This document shows, piece after piece, positions 34,072-44,134 of a stretch of DNA of 64,000 nucleotides. The DNA comes from Bacteroidia bacterium (GTDB lineage: Bacteria > Bacteroidota > Bacteroidia > UKL13-3): positions 676 through 64,675 of the forward strand of contig JAIBAK010000016.1 of NCBI GenBank assembly GCA_019695215.1. The letters are read 5' to 3'. Below the pieces are notes generated by a model. It was not told where the DNA came from and did no database searches. It saw nothing but the letters and a program-made list of their open reading frames with translations. Within the stretch, counting starts at the first letter, position 1; each line of letters opens with the position of its first letter. The translations under genes and the position numbers were made by a program.

Positions 34072-36561
34072 TTGAAATACGCATTATTCATTATCACCCT
34101 GCTGCTTTGCATTGGCTCAAAAGCACAAACCCCGCCTGCCGCAAGGCCCGTAGCCGGTAAGACTCCTGCAATTGGCAGGTTATATGGTAAAGTGATTGAT
34201 TCTACATCAAAAGAACCGGTTGAATACGCGGCTATCACCTTACTTTCAATGGGCAAGGACAGCATTATCACAGGAGCCTTAAGCAAAGCCAACGGAGATT
34301 TTCTAATGGAAAAAATACCGTTCGGAGCTTACCGCCTGCGCATACAATCCATCGGATTTAATGTTAAAATGATTCGGGTACAGATTTCACCCGTATTAAT
34401 TGATCAGGATTTGGGAAATATCCGTATCAGTACATCAAATACGGCATTAAAACAGGTAACCGTTCAGGGAGAGAAAAATTCGGTTAACATGAATATTGAC
34501 CGTAAAGTATACAACGTTGAAAAAGACATTTCGGTAAAAGGCGGCACCGCGCTTGACGTAATGAAAAATGTTCCGGGGGTAACCGTTGATGCCGATGGAA
34601 ATGTAGCCTTGCGTAACTCCTCTCCTACCATTTTTGTAGATGGAAGGCCAACTACCCTTACGCTTGAACAAATTCCGGCTGACCAGATTGAGCGGGTGGA
34701 GGTTATTACCAACCCATCGGCTAAGTTTGATGCCAGCGCATCGGGTGGAATTCTCAACGTAATAATGAAGAAAAATACCAAACCCGGATACAATGGAGTC
34801 GTGGGTGCAAATATGGGAACCAATAACCGCTATGGTATAAACACCAACCTCAATATAAAAGAAAAAAAGTTCAACTTCTCCTTATCGTACAACCTTAATA
34901 CCCGAGGCAATAAAAATAACGGATATACATACCGCACAAATCTTTTCGAAGGGAAAACAACCGGTTATTTCAACCAAAAAAATATTAATCAGGTAAATAA
35001 TGCCTTTCATAATGGCCGTTTAGGTATTGATTACAATGTAACCAACCGCACTACCATTACCCTTGCACAAAGCGTAACAAATGGTGTTTTCAAAATGGAT
35101 GATGGACAGCGTTTCGATATTCGTGATTCGGCAAACCAAATGCTTATTTACGGCAACCGGATTAACAGGCAGGATAACGGTTTTCAGAATGCTACCTCGC
35201 AAATAACCCTGCGTCACAGTTACCCGAAAAAAGGAAAGGAATTTATTGCTGACGTGAGCTATAATTTTTCGAAAAACCATAATAATTCTACCTTTACTAC
35301 CTACAACTACCTGTATGGCGGAGGTTTGCTGCCCGATAATCCGCAGGTGCAGGAAAACACCGGAGCCGGCAACGGCAATATGGCTACCTTTCAGTTTGAT
35401 TTTACAAACCCTGTAAATGATTCAACAAAACTGGAATGGGGATTTAAAAGCAACTATAAACTCAATAACTCCAAATTAGATGCCTCTTTGCTCAACTATG
35501 CACTTGGGGAATATATTCGCGACAGCGCCCTCTCTAATAACTACAAAGTAACCGATATGGTAAATGCAGCTTATGTAAACTACAGCGGTATTTACCGGAA
35601 AATAGGATTTCAAACCGGATTGCGTTTTGAGCAAACCTATTTTATTGCCAAACTGATTGACAAAAACCAGCAGTTTGATTACTTCTATCCCGATGGTGGC
35701 AAAAACCTCTGGAACGCCATTTTCCCGAGTATATACCTGTCGAAAAAAGTAAACCCAACCAATGAATTTCAACTGAATTTCTCGAGAAAAATAAACCGCC
35801 CCAATTACATGCAGATGATGCCGTTTATTATGTTCAGCGACCGGCAGAGTTACCGTATAGGAAATCCGGCACTGGGGCCTGAGTTTATCAATATAGCCGA
35901 AGCCAACTATTTCAGGCTGTTTAAAAACGGAAGCTGGCTTTCTTCGGCCTATGCCAAATACCTTGACCATGCCATTACCAGCTACGTGTATCCCTTGCCT
36001 ACAGATACCTCCATATTGGTGAGCACCTTTACCAACGGCAAAAGCAGCTGGAACTATGGCTGGGAAAACACAGTTAAATTTTCGTTCGCCAAAAAATTAG
36101 ACCTTACTTTCAATGCCAACGTGTACTATACAACCATTACTGCTTCACCTGCTACCGGAACTACCGGAACGCTTCAAAACAGCGGCTACAGCTGGAATGG
36201 AAAAGCTACGGTGAGTTACAAATTCCCTAAGGCATTCACCCTGCAGTGGAATGGTTCGTACGAAGCCCCTAAAATTATTCCGCAGGGCACTACCAAAGAA
36301 GTGTATTTTATGGATTTATCCCTCAATAAAGATATCGGCAAACGCCTGTCATTTAATGCCACCCTTAGCGATGTGTTTAACACCAAACGCTGGGGAGCCT
36401 TTTATGAAAGCAGTACGTTTACACAAAACTTTTCGCGCAGATGGGATACCCGCTTTTTCCGTGTGGGATTAACCTGGCGTTTTGGCGAAACCGATGTATC
36501 CATCTTTCGCAAAAAACCACAGCGCAGAGACGGACAGGGCGGAATGGAAATGGAGTATTAA
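34072..36561 (+). CDS. TonB-dependent receptor-like outer-membrane protein (CarboxypepD_reg-like N-domain, plug, and OMP beta-barrel).
   Basis: Signal peptide. 'GKVIDSTSKEPVEYAAITLL' (carboxypeptidase regulatory-like fold). Plug region 'VERVEVITNPSAKFDASASGGILNVIMK'. Long beta-barrel ending 'GLTWRFGE'. Confidence 0.8.
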   Translation: MKYALFIITLLLCIGSKAQTPPAARPVAGKTPAIGRLYGKVIDSTSKEPVEYAAITLLSMGKDSIITGALSKANGDFLMEKIPFGAYRLRIQSIGFNVKMIRVQISPVLIDQDLGNIRISTSNTALKQVTVQGEKNSVNMNIDRKVYNVEKDISVKGGTALDVMKNVPGVTVDADGNVALRNSSPTIFVDGRPTTLTLEQIPADQIERVEVITNPSAKFDASASGGILNVIMKKNTKPGYNGVVGANMGTNNRYGINTNLNIKEKKFNFSLSYNLNTRGNKNNGYTYRTNLFEGKTTGYFNQKNINQVNNAFHNGRLGIDYNVTNRTTITLAQSVTNGVFKMDDGQRFDIRDSANQMLIYGNRINRQDNGFQNATSQITLRHSYPKKGKEFIADVSYNFSKNHNNSTFTTYNYLYGGGLLPDNPQVQENTGAGNGNMATFQFDFTNPVNDSTKLEWGFKSNYKLNNSKLDASLLNYALGEYIRDSALSNNYKVTDMVNAAYVNYSGIYRKIGFQTGLRFEQTYFIAKLIDKNQQFDYFYPDGGKNLWNAIFPSIYLSKKVNPTNEFQLNFSRKINRPNYMQMMPFIMFSDRQSYRIGNPALGPEFINIAEANYFRLFKNGSWLSSAYAKYLDHAITSYVYPLPTDTSILVSTFTNGKSSWNYGWENTVKFSFAKKLDLTFNANVYYTTITASPATGTTGTLQNSGYSWNGKATVSYKFPKAFTLQWNGSYEAPKIIPQGTTKEVYFMDLSLNKDIGKRLSFNATLSDVFNTKRWGAFYESSTFTQNFSRRWDTRFFRVGLTWRFGETDVSIFRKKPQRRDGQGGMEMEY

Positions 36562-37568
36562 AACCCGCTAAATCGTGCATAAGGTGCAATAGTTTGCCCG
36601 GCAAAATCATGGTTAAGAAATTTAAAATACGCTGTAATGGCAATCATAGCCGCATTGTCAGTACAATACTCAAAGGCCGGAATAAAAGTAGTCCACCCCG
36701 AATCTGCCCCTTCTGTTTCTATAGCCTTGCGTAAACCGTTGTTGGCCGAAACTCCTCCGGCTATGGCAATATGCCTGATGCCAGTATCGGCCGATGCCTT
36801 TTTGAGTTTTTTCATTAAATGCATGATGATGGCTTTTTGAACCGAGGCACATACATCGGGTAAATGAGCTGATAAAAAATCAGGATTTTGCTTTTGTAAA
36901 AAATACATCACCGAGGTTTTAAGTCCGCTGAAACTGTAATCGTAATCCGGTGTTTGCGGTACAGGAAATTTAAATGCATCGGGGTTTCCCTGTGCGGCAT
37001 ATTGATCTATAAGCGGCCCGCCAGGATATGGAAGTCCCAGTAATTTTGCCGTTTTATCAAAGGCCTCTCCGGCAGCATCGTCAATGGTTTCGCCCAAAAT
37101 TTTCATTTCAACCGGACCATTCACCTGAACAATTTGGGTGTGCCCGCCCGATACCGTGAGACACAAAAAAGGAAACGGTGGTTTTGGCTCGTCAATAAAA
37201 TGAGCAAGTATGTGCGCATGCATATGATTCACCTCAATAAGCGGAATGGACAAGGCCAGCGCAAGTGATTTGGCAAACGAAACACCTACAAGTAACGAAC
37301 CCAGCAAACCGGGCCCGCGGGTAAATGCCACCGCGCTTAATTGCTCTAACGAAATGCCGGCCTGCCTAACTGCCGCATCAACTACCGGCACAATATGCTG
37401 TTGATGAGCACGCGAAGCAAGTTCGGGCACAACACCTCCCCAAAGACGGTGTACCTCTTGTCCGGCCACCACGTTGGCAAGTATTTTGCCATTGTGCAGC
37501 ACCGCAGCCGAAGTATCATCGCACGATGATTCAATGGCTAAAATGTAAATATTGTTCTCTTTAGTCAA
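36558..37568 (-). CDS. tsaD: tRNA N6-adenosine threonylcarbamoyltransferase.
   Basis: 'ILAIESSCDDTSAAV', 'HMHAHIL', 'TVSGGHTQIV', 'IAIAGGVSAN' (Kae1/Gcp/TsaD signatures). It overlaps the convergent receptor gene by 4 nt. Confidence 0.95.
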   Translation of the reverse strand: MTKENNIYILAIESSCDDTSAAVLHNGKILANVVAGQEVHRLWGGVVPELASRAHQQHIVPVVDAAVRQAGISLEQLSAVAFTRGPGLLGSLLVGVSFAKSLALALSIPLIEVNHMHAHILAHFIDEPKPPFPFLCLTVSGGHTQIVQVNGPVEMKILGETIDDAAGEAFDKTAKLLGLPYPGGPLIDQYAAQGNPDAFKFPVPQTPDYDYSFSGLKTSVMYFLQKQNPDFLSAHLPDVCASVQKAIIMHLMKKLKKASADTGIRHIAIAGGVSANNGLRKAIETEGADSGWTTFIPAFEYCTDNAAMIAITAYFKFLNHDFAGQTIAPYARFSGF

Positions 37569-37611
37569 TCCGATTTTTTAAGTCACCCAACCTGTTGTAA
37601 TTTCGCACACT

Positions 37612-40600
37612 TTGAAAGTTAAACGTACCATACTCCGAATATCCGCAATTCTTGGCACTTTGGTGCTTCTCGGAAGTATTACCGTGTTTGTTCTTATCAA
37701 CAGTGCTCCGTTTCAGCAATGGCTGGTGGGCAAAGCTACCAATTATCTTTCAGAGCAACTTCATACCCCTGTTAAGATTGATAAAATCAGGTTTAAACTG
37801 CTGCATACGCTTAGCATTGAAGGATTATTGATTGGAGATCAAAAAAAAGATACTCTGCTGTATGTGGCCAGCCTTGATGCCAATTTGCAGGAACTGGATT
37901 TGGACAAAAATCTTTTGGTGATTAATAAAGTTACCTTAACTAAAGCCAATGTGGCTTTGAAAAAATATCCTGGAATAAGGGGAATCAATCTTGATTATAT
38001 TCTGGATTTTTTTGCCTCTTCAGATACCACACATAATCCCAATCGCAAAATATTTACTCTGCAGGTAAATAAACTTGCTCTTAAGGATTCGCGCTTCTCT
38101 TATTTTGATTTGCGCTTTAATCGTAAAGAAAAAGGATTTGACGAATCCTATATCGACCTGTACCACCTGAATATTGATGCCGATAATTTCAGGTTGATTG
38201 ATGATTCCATGTTGTTTCATATCAACCAGTTTTCGGCTGTTGACCAGTGCGGATTTAAAATTGATAAATGTACCGCTGATGCAACCATTTCAGCTAAAGA
38301 ACTTGGTTTCCGAAACCTGCATATTGTAACTCCCTACAGCGATTTGTCGGATGAATTTATTATGAGCTACGACCACTGGCGCGACTTTAATGAGTTTAAT
38401 GACGATGTAATCATGAGCGGGAGTTTTTCCAAATCGAAAGTCAATTTAAAAGACATCGCTTTTTTTGCTCCGCAACTGGAAGGATATGATTTACTACTCA
38501 ATATTGCCGGAAATGTAAGAGGCCCATTGAGCAACCTGAAAGGGAAGCACCTGATGATGACCTTTGGGCAACACAGCATTTTTGACGGAGATTTAAGTAT
38601 GCGGGGCCTGCCTAATATTGACGAAACTTTTATTGACCTGAAAGCAAACCGGGTGCAAACAGTTGAATCGGATTTATACCTGCTGCTGAAAAAAATAAAA
38701 CTTCCGCGCAATTTTGCACAGCTTGGCACCACCTCTTTCACCGGAAAATTCACCGGATTTATCAATGACTTTGTTGCGTACGGAACTTTAAAGTCTGAAT
38801 TAGGAACCGTACAATCGGATATAAATTTAAAACTGGCAGATGATATGGCTGCGAGTGAATATTCAGGAAATTTATCGTTGAATAATTTCGATATCGGAGC
38901 ACTTCTTAATGAAGAAAAATTACTCAGAAAAGTAACATTAAATGGGGAGGTAAAAGGAAAGGGATTAACCCTTAAATCGGTGAATGCCGTTTTAAAAACA
39001 AATGTCCAAAAACTGGAATTATACAACTACCCCTATACCGGTATCAATGTAAGCGGTCATATACAAAATAGTTTTTTTACCGGTGCTATTGCCTGCAACG
39101 ACCCCAACCTTATTTTTGATTTCAACGGCTCGGTCGACCTTCGCCCGGTAGAACATATTTATAAGTTTAACCTGAACCTGGAACATGCCAATTTGCTGGC
39201 ACTTCACCTCGATACGCAGAAAACGATTTTGCGTACTAAAGCCTTTATGGATGCACGTGCCGATAAAAAGTTCCAGCGGGTGAATGGTTCATTGAATTTA
39301 ACCGATGCTTTCATTCTGCGAAAAGATTCGCTTTATCCCGTTGGCAACTTAACAGTCACTTCATCGCGCAAGGACAACCAGTCGCATTTAACCGTAAACT
39401 CATCAATGGTTGATTTGGATATAACCGGGGTTTACAGTTTTAACGATTTGCCAAACTCGGTATATAATTTACTCCATTTACAAGCCCCCGATTTTTTTAA
39501 TAAGCCCCGGCAAAATGTCCCCGAACAACACTGTGATTTTTCAGTAAAGCTTAAAACCTCTTACCCGGTCTGCAACCTCTACTTACCCGATTTATATTTT
39601 AACAATGGAAATCTGAAAGGAAGCTTTTCAAGTAAAAGTTCAAGATTGCAGGTTCAGGGTTATATTGACAGCGCGTCCTATCAGATATATCATGCCTCCA
39701 AACTTTTTGTCAATATAATCAAGGCCGGTTCGCCTGATATGAATTACGAAGTAAAAGCTGCGTTAATTACCTCTGACAATTCTCTTAAAATTCCGCAACT
39801 GTCTACCAGCGGAAACCTCAGGAACAATATACTTAAAAACAGAATTCAATTTAACGATACCGCCTTAAAAAACACAGTTGATGTGAGTTCGAATGTGAGT
39901 TTTGGTAAAACCAATACACTGGTTTCGGTTCAATCTTCTAAAATTGTAATCAGGCAAAAACCATTTATTCTTAAAGATAACGGAACAATAAACCTGACAG
40001 ATAGCGGAATTGTTTTTGACGGAGTAGAACTTACGGAAGAAAATCAGGTGCTCAAAATTCAGGGGATTTATTCAAAAAAAGAAAACCAGAACCTGAGTGT
40101 TGACATTAAAGACCTGAAACTGGATTTAATCAGTTATTTTTTAAATGACTCCAACAGTCAGTTTAACGGAATTGCTAACGGGAAAGCCGTATTTAAAACA
40201 CTGAACGGAACACCGGTGGTATTGGGAAATATTAAAGTGAAGGACGCCTCTTACCTTAACGATACCATTGGTGATATCATTATCAATTCAACCTTCGAAA
40301 GTACTTCTTCGCGCCTGCTGCTGGATATAAAAGCAGATGGAAAAACCGTTAAAAATATGTTTGTGAAAGGCTCTATTGGGATGTCGGGACAAAATGACCT
40401 GGATCTGGATATTCACTTCGATTTTGTAAATGTTGATTTGTTTGAAGAGCACCTGGAAGTAATTTTTAGCGGGATGACCGGGAATGTAAAAAAAGGGAAT
40501 TTTACCTTAACAGGAACCTTAAAACAACCTGTTTTAGAAGGAAGATTAATGATGGATACGCTGGCCGTGCAGGTGGATTATCTTAAAACCATTTATTTTC

Positions 40601-42105
40601 TAACAGCCGAAATTGAATCAAAAGAAAATCTCTTTATTCTTAAAAAATTTAACCTCCTTGACGGAAGAGCTAAAACCTGCGAAACCAATGGTTGGATGAC
40701 TCACGATTATTTTGACGATTTTAAATACTCGTTCGATTTTAAAAAGCTAAAAGATTTTTGGGTTTTAAATACCAAACTTAAAGACAATGAACTTTTTTTT
40801 GGTACCGGTTATGCAAATGGTTCTGTAAATATTTCGGGTAATTTTAATCAGGCCAATATTGATGCGAATTTAAAATCGGCCCCCGGTACAAAAGTATTTT
40901 TGCCCTTAAACACCGCTGAAGTTGCCGAAGAATCGGATTTTGTGAGGTTCATCAATTACAAAGACTGGAAAGTACAACGCAAAACGGCTGTTTTCAAACC
41001 AAAATCATCGGCTCTTACCATGAATTTTAACCTCGACCTTACGCCCGATGCTGAAGTGCAGCTGATATTTAATTCTCAAACAGGTGATATTATAAAAGGA
41101 CGAGGAAAAGCTAACCTGAAAATGGAACTCAATAAGCAAAACGACTTTTTGATGTATGGCACTTATACCATTGTGGAAGGTGATTATTTATATACCGCTT
41201 TAAATGTTTTTAATAAAAAATTTGTGATGAAGCCCGGAGGAACCATTTTATGGAATGGCGACCCGCTGAAAGCACAAATAAATATGACAGCGATTTACTC
41301 GGTTAAAACACCGCTTTATCCAATGGTTTCGGGCGATGAGGCCTTCAAATCAAGAATATTTAATGTTGAATGTAAACTTACCTTAAAGGGCCTATTGTTT
41401 CCGCAGCCGGAAATAGTTTTTGATATTGATTTCCCTGATTTAAATGTGCTGGGAGGTGCTCAAAGTGTAAGCGTACTGAGCGCGGTACAACAGATAAAAA
41501 ACAATCCCGATCAGTTGCAAATGCAGTTTTTTAGTTTGCTCATCACCAAAAGTTTTATGCGCACCGATAATGCCTCGTCTAATTATACCGGAGCAGGAAA
41601 ATCGGCAGGAACGCAAAGTCTGAGTGAATTTGCATCCAATCAGTTGAGTAACATGCTTTCACAAATTGACCCTAACTGGGAAATAAACCTCAATTACAGG
41701 GCTAATGATGCAAACTCGGCACAAACTCAGCAAGCCATTGTTTCGGTTATTCATCGTTTTTTAAACGGAAGATTAGAAGTTCAAACCAGTACTGACATTT
41801 ACAGGGCGGAGGCGGTAAATTTTCAGGCCAAATACAATATCAATGAAGACGGTTCGCTTAAACTAAAAGCATTCAATACCAACACGTCTAATCCCGTTTA
41901 TTCACAAAGTGTCATCACTCAGGGCATGGGACTTTATTATACCCGGCAGTTTAATAAACTTTCGGATTTAAAACGAAAGGGTAAAAAATCGAAAGCCAAA
42001 AAAGAAGCAACCCCGGTCAATCAGCAATCGGACGACAGCCCTTATTTAGAAACTCCTCAGGGGCAGCCACCGGGCAAGATGCTTCCTCCGGCAAAAGAAG
42101 ACTAA
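37612..42105 (+). CDS. tamB: Translocation and assembly module protein TamB-like (AsmA/DUF490 family), 1497 aa, with an N-terminal membrane anchor.
   Basis: N-terminal transmembrane helix, a very long beta-rich body, and a C-terminal DUF490-like region. The tsaD-tamB divergent arrangement is conserved in Bacteroidota. Confidence 0.75.
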   Translation: MKVKRTILRISAILGTLVLLGSITVFVLINSAPFQQWLVGKATNYLSEQLHTPVKIDKIRFKLLHTLSIEGLLIGDQKKDTLLYVASLDANLQELDLDKNLLVINKVTLTKANVALKKYPGIRGINLDYILDFFASSDTTHNPNRKIFTLQVNKLALKDSRFSYFDLRFNRKEKGFDESYIDLYHLNIDADNFRLIDDSMLFHINQFSAVDQCGFKIDKCTADATISAKELGFRNLHIVTPYSDLSDEFIMSYDHWRDFNEFNDDVIMSGSFSKSKVNLKDIAFFAPQLEGYDLLLNIAGNVRGPLSNLKGKHLMMTFGQHSIFDGDLSMRGLPNIDETFIDLKANRVQTVESDLYLLLKKIKLPRNFAQLGTTSFTGKFTGFINDFVAYGTLKSELGTVQSDINLKLADDMAASEYSGNLSLNNFDIGALLNEEKLLRKVTLNGEVKGKGLTLKSVNAVLKTNVQKLELYNYPYTGINVSGHIQNSFFTGAIACNDPNLIFDFNGSVDLRPVEHIYKFNLNLEHANLLALHLDTQKTILRTKAFMDARADKKFQRVNGSLNLTDAFILRKDSLYPVGNLTVTSSRKDNQSHLTVNSSMVDLDITGVYSFNDLPNSVYNLLHLQAPDFFNKPRQNVPEQHCDFSVKLKTSYPVCNLYLPDLYFNNGNLKGSFSSKSSRLQVQGYIDSASYQIYHASKLFVNIIKAGSPDMNYEVKAALITSDNSLKIPQLSTSGNLRNNILKNRIQFNDTALKNTVDVSSNVSFGKTNTLVSVQSSKIVIRQKPFILKDNGTINLTDSGIVFDGVELTEENQVLKIQGIYSKKENQNLSVDIKDLKLDLISYFLNDSNSQFNGIANGKAVFKTLNGTPVVLGNIKVKDASYLNDTIGDIIINSTFESTSSRLLLDIKADGKTVKNMFVKGSIGMSGQNDLDLDIHFDFVNVDLFEEHLEVIFSGMTGNVKKGNFTLTGTLKQPVLEGRLMMDTLAVQVDYLKTIYFLTAEIESKENLFILKKFNLLDGRAKTCETNGWMTHDYFDDFKYSFDFKKLKDFWVLNTKLKDNELFFGTGYANGSVNISGNFNQANIDANLKSAPGTKVFLPLNTAEVAEESDFVRFINYKDWKVQRKTAVFKPKSSALTMNFNLDLTPDAEVQLIFNSQTGDIIKGRGKANLKMELNKQNDFLMYGTYTIVEGDYLYTALNVFNKKFVMKPGGTILWNGDPLKAQINMTAIYSVKTPLYPMVSGDEAFKSRIFNVECKLTLKGLLFPQPEIVFDIDFPDLNVLGGAQSVSVLSAVQQIKNNPDQLQMQFFSLLITKSFMRTDNASSNYTGAGKSAGTQSLSEFASNQLSNMLSQIDPNWEINLNYRANDANSAQTQQAIVSVIHRFLNGRLEVQTSTDIYRAEAVNFQAKYNINEDGSLKLKAFNTNTSNPVYSQSVITQGMGLYYTRQFNKLSDLKRKGKKSKAKKEATPVNQQSDDSPYLETPQGQPPGKMLPPAKED

Positions 42106-42153
42106 GTTTATTTCACAAATCTTTCTAATTTCGCAAATTCAAAACAAGCAGAT

Positions 42154-42966
42154 ATGTCACACAACTTATTAAAAGGGAAAAAAGGAATTATTTTCGGTGC
42201 ACTCGACTCCAACTCCATTGCATGGAAAGTGGCTGAACGGTGTCATGAAGAAGGTGCAGTATTCACACTTACCAATGCCCCCATTGCCATGCGCATGGGA
42301 GCCATTAATGCCCTTGCCGAAAAATGCAATGCCCAAATTATCCCTGCTGATGTTACCTCTGATTCAGATATGGAAAATCTGATTGATAAATCAATGGAAA
42401 TTCTGGGAGGGAAAATTGACTTTATCCTGCATTCAGTAGGAATGTCGCTCAATATCAGAAAAGGTAAACACTATACCGATTTGGATTACGAGTTCATGAA
42501 AAAAACACTGGATATATCTGCCATTTCATATCACCGGTTACTAAAAATTTGTTACCAGAAAGATGCCATCAGCGAGTGGGGATCAACCGTAGCTCTTACC
42601 TATATTGCTGCTCAACGCGTATTTCCTGATTATAACGAAATGGCCGATGCAAAATCCTTGCTTGAGTCAATTACCCGCAGTTGGGGATTTCATTACGGAA
42701 AAGCAAAAAAGGTGCGCGTAAATACCATTTCCCAGTCACCAACAAAAACCACAGCCGGATCCGGAGTTAAAGGATTTGATGGCTTCTTTAATTATGCCGA
42801 TAGCATGTCGCCATTGGGCAATGCAACCTCCGACAGTTGTGCCGATTATTGCGTGCTCATGTTCTCCGATCTTTCTAAAATGGTTACTATGCAAAATCTT
42901 TTTCATGACGGAGGATTTTCATTTACCGGTGTGAGTCAGGAAACGGTTGAAAAATTCAATAGTTAA
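42154..42966 (+). CDS. fabI: Enoyl-[acyl-carrier-protein] reductase (NADH), FabI-type SDR.
   Basis: 'LKGKKGIIFGALDSNSIAW' (FabI glycine-rich motif). Catalytic 'Y...K' region. Length is 270 aa. Confidence 0.85.
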   Translation: MSHNLLKGKKGIIFGALDSNSIAWKVAERCHEEGAVFTLTNAPIAMRMGAINALAEKCNAQIIPADVTSDSDMENLIDKSMEILGGKIDFILHSVGMSLNIRKGKHYTDLDYEFMKKTLDISAISYHRLLKICYQKDAISEWGSTVALTYIAAQRVFPDYNEMADAKSLLESITRSWGFHYGKAKKVRVNTISQSPTKTTAGSGVKGFDGFFNYADSMSPLGNATSDSCADYCVLMFSDLSKMVTMQNLFHDGGFSFTGVSQETVEKFNS

Positions 42967-43673
42967 TGGATACTCATTTGCATCATAACCACGAAGAAAA
43001 ACACTTTACCGGATCTGAAATTGTAAGGGATGTTGTTATTGGAATGAGTGACGGACTCACGGTTCCCTTTGCCCTTGCAGCCGGATTAAGCGGTGCCGTT
43101 GATTCAAACGGAATTATTATCACAGCAGGTATTGCCGAAATTATTGCCGGCTCTATTGCTATGGGACTTGGCGGGTATCTTGCCGGTAAAACAGAAGTGG
43201 AACATTATGATGCCGAATTAAAAAGAGAATATTACGAGGTAGATGTTTTTCCCGAAAAAGAAAAACAGGAAGTGCGTGATGTATTTCAGGAATATGGTAT
43301 AAGCAAAACCATTCAGGACGAGGTGGCCGATGATTTGGCAAAAGACAAAAAGCGCTGGGTTGATTTTATGATGAAATTTGAACTGGGATTAGAAAAACCC
43401 AGTTTAAACCGTGCCCGCCAGAGTGCCCTTACCATTGGAGTTTCCTATGTGGTTGGAGGCTTAGTACCTTTATTGGCCTATTTCTTTTCCGACACACCTG
43501 AATCGGGATTAATTTACTCATCGGCAATTACCCTTATCTGCCTTTTTATTTTTGGATATTTTAAAAGCAAACTCATAGGGCAGCACGCGCTGAAAGGCGG
43601 TTTTCGGATTATGGCCATTGGGGCAATGGCAGCCGCAGCAGCATTTTTTGTAGCCAAACTTTTCGGCTCTTGA
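42966..43673 (+). CDS. VIT1/CCC1-family iron/manganese transporter.
   Basis: 'RDVVIGMSDGLTVPFALAAGLSGA', a central cytoplasmic acidic/metal-binding helix region, and five transmembrane helices. Confidence 0.85.
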   Translation: MDTHLHHNHEEKHFTGSEIVRDVVIGMSDGLTVPFALAAGLSGAVDSNGIIITAGIAEIIAGSIAMGLGGYLAGKTEVEHYDAELKREYYEVDVFPEKEKQEVRDVFQEYGISKTIQDEVADDLAKDKKRWVDFMMKFELGLEKPSLNRARQSALTIGVSYVVGGLVPLLAYFFSDTPESGLIYSSAITLICLFIFGYFKSKLIGQHALKGGFRIMAIGAMAAAAAFFVAKLFGS

Positions 43674-44086
43674 TGAATAAATTTCAGCCAGTAAATTTTA
43701 CCGGACTTGACGACTTATTCGCTTTCCTCCCAAAGAACGAATTAGATATACTGAAAGCGCTGAGGTCGCTCATTTTGGAGTGTATGCCTAACGTAAAAGA
43801 AAAACTCAGCTACAATGTCCCGTATTATTCCATAAACAAACGTATTTGTTTTATATGGCCGGGGTCAGTTCCATGGGGCGGAACACGGGAAGGGGTATTG
43901 TTTGGTTTTACCAACGCCAAACAACTTACCGATGAATGGAATTACTTAGAATGGGGAGAACGAAAAACAGTGGGCACAAAAACCTACCTGAATGCCGTTC
44001 AGGTATTAAATGATACTGACATTATTAAAACACTCCTGTTTGAAGCTGCTGAAGCAGATGCCCGTTCAAAAAAAAGAAAAGTCTGA
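43670..44086 (+). CDS. DUF1801 (YdhG-like) domain protein.
   Basis: Size and motif pattern 'ILKALRSLILECMPNVKEKLSYNVPYY'. It overlaps the preceding gene by 4 nt. Confidence 0.55.
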   Translation: MMNKFQPVNFTGLDDLFAFLPKNELDILKALRSLILECMPNVKEKLSYNVPYYSINKRICFIWPGSVPWGGTREGVLFGFTNAKQLTDEWNYLEWGERKTVGTKTYLNAVQVLNDTDIIKTLLFEAAEADARSKKRKV

Positions 44087-44134
44087 TTCGACCAATAATT
44101 TAAACTACCCGCTTTTGACATCCATATTTGCACT

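Noticed and set aside
38020-39207. Minus-strand ORFs, including a 219-aa one at 38367..39026, inside tamB.
   Set aside because: They are fully contained in the 1497-aa TamB-like ORF on the opposite strand, with Ser/Phe-rich low-complexity translations. Nothing supports them.
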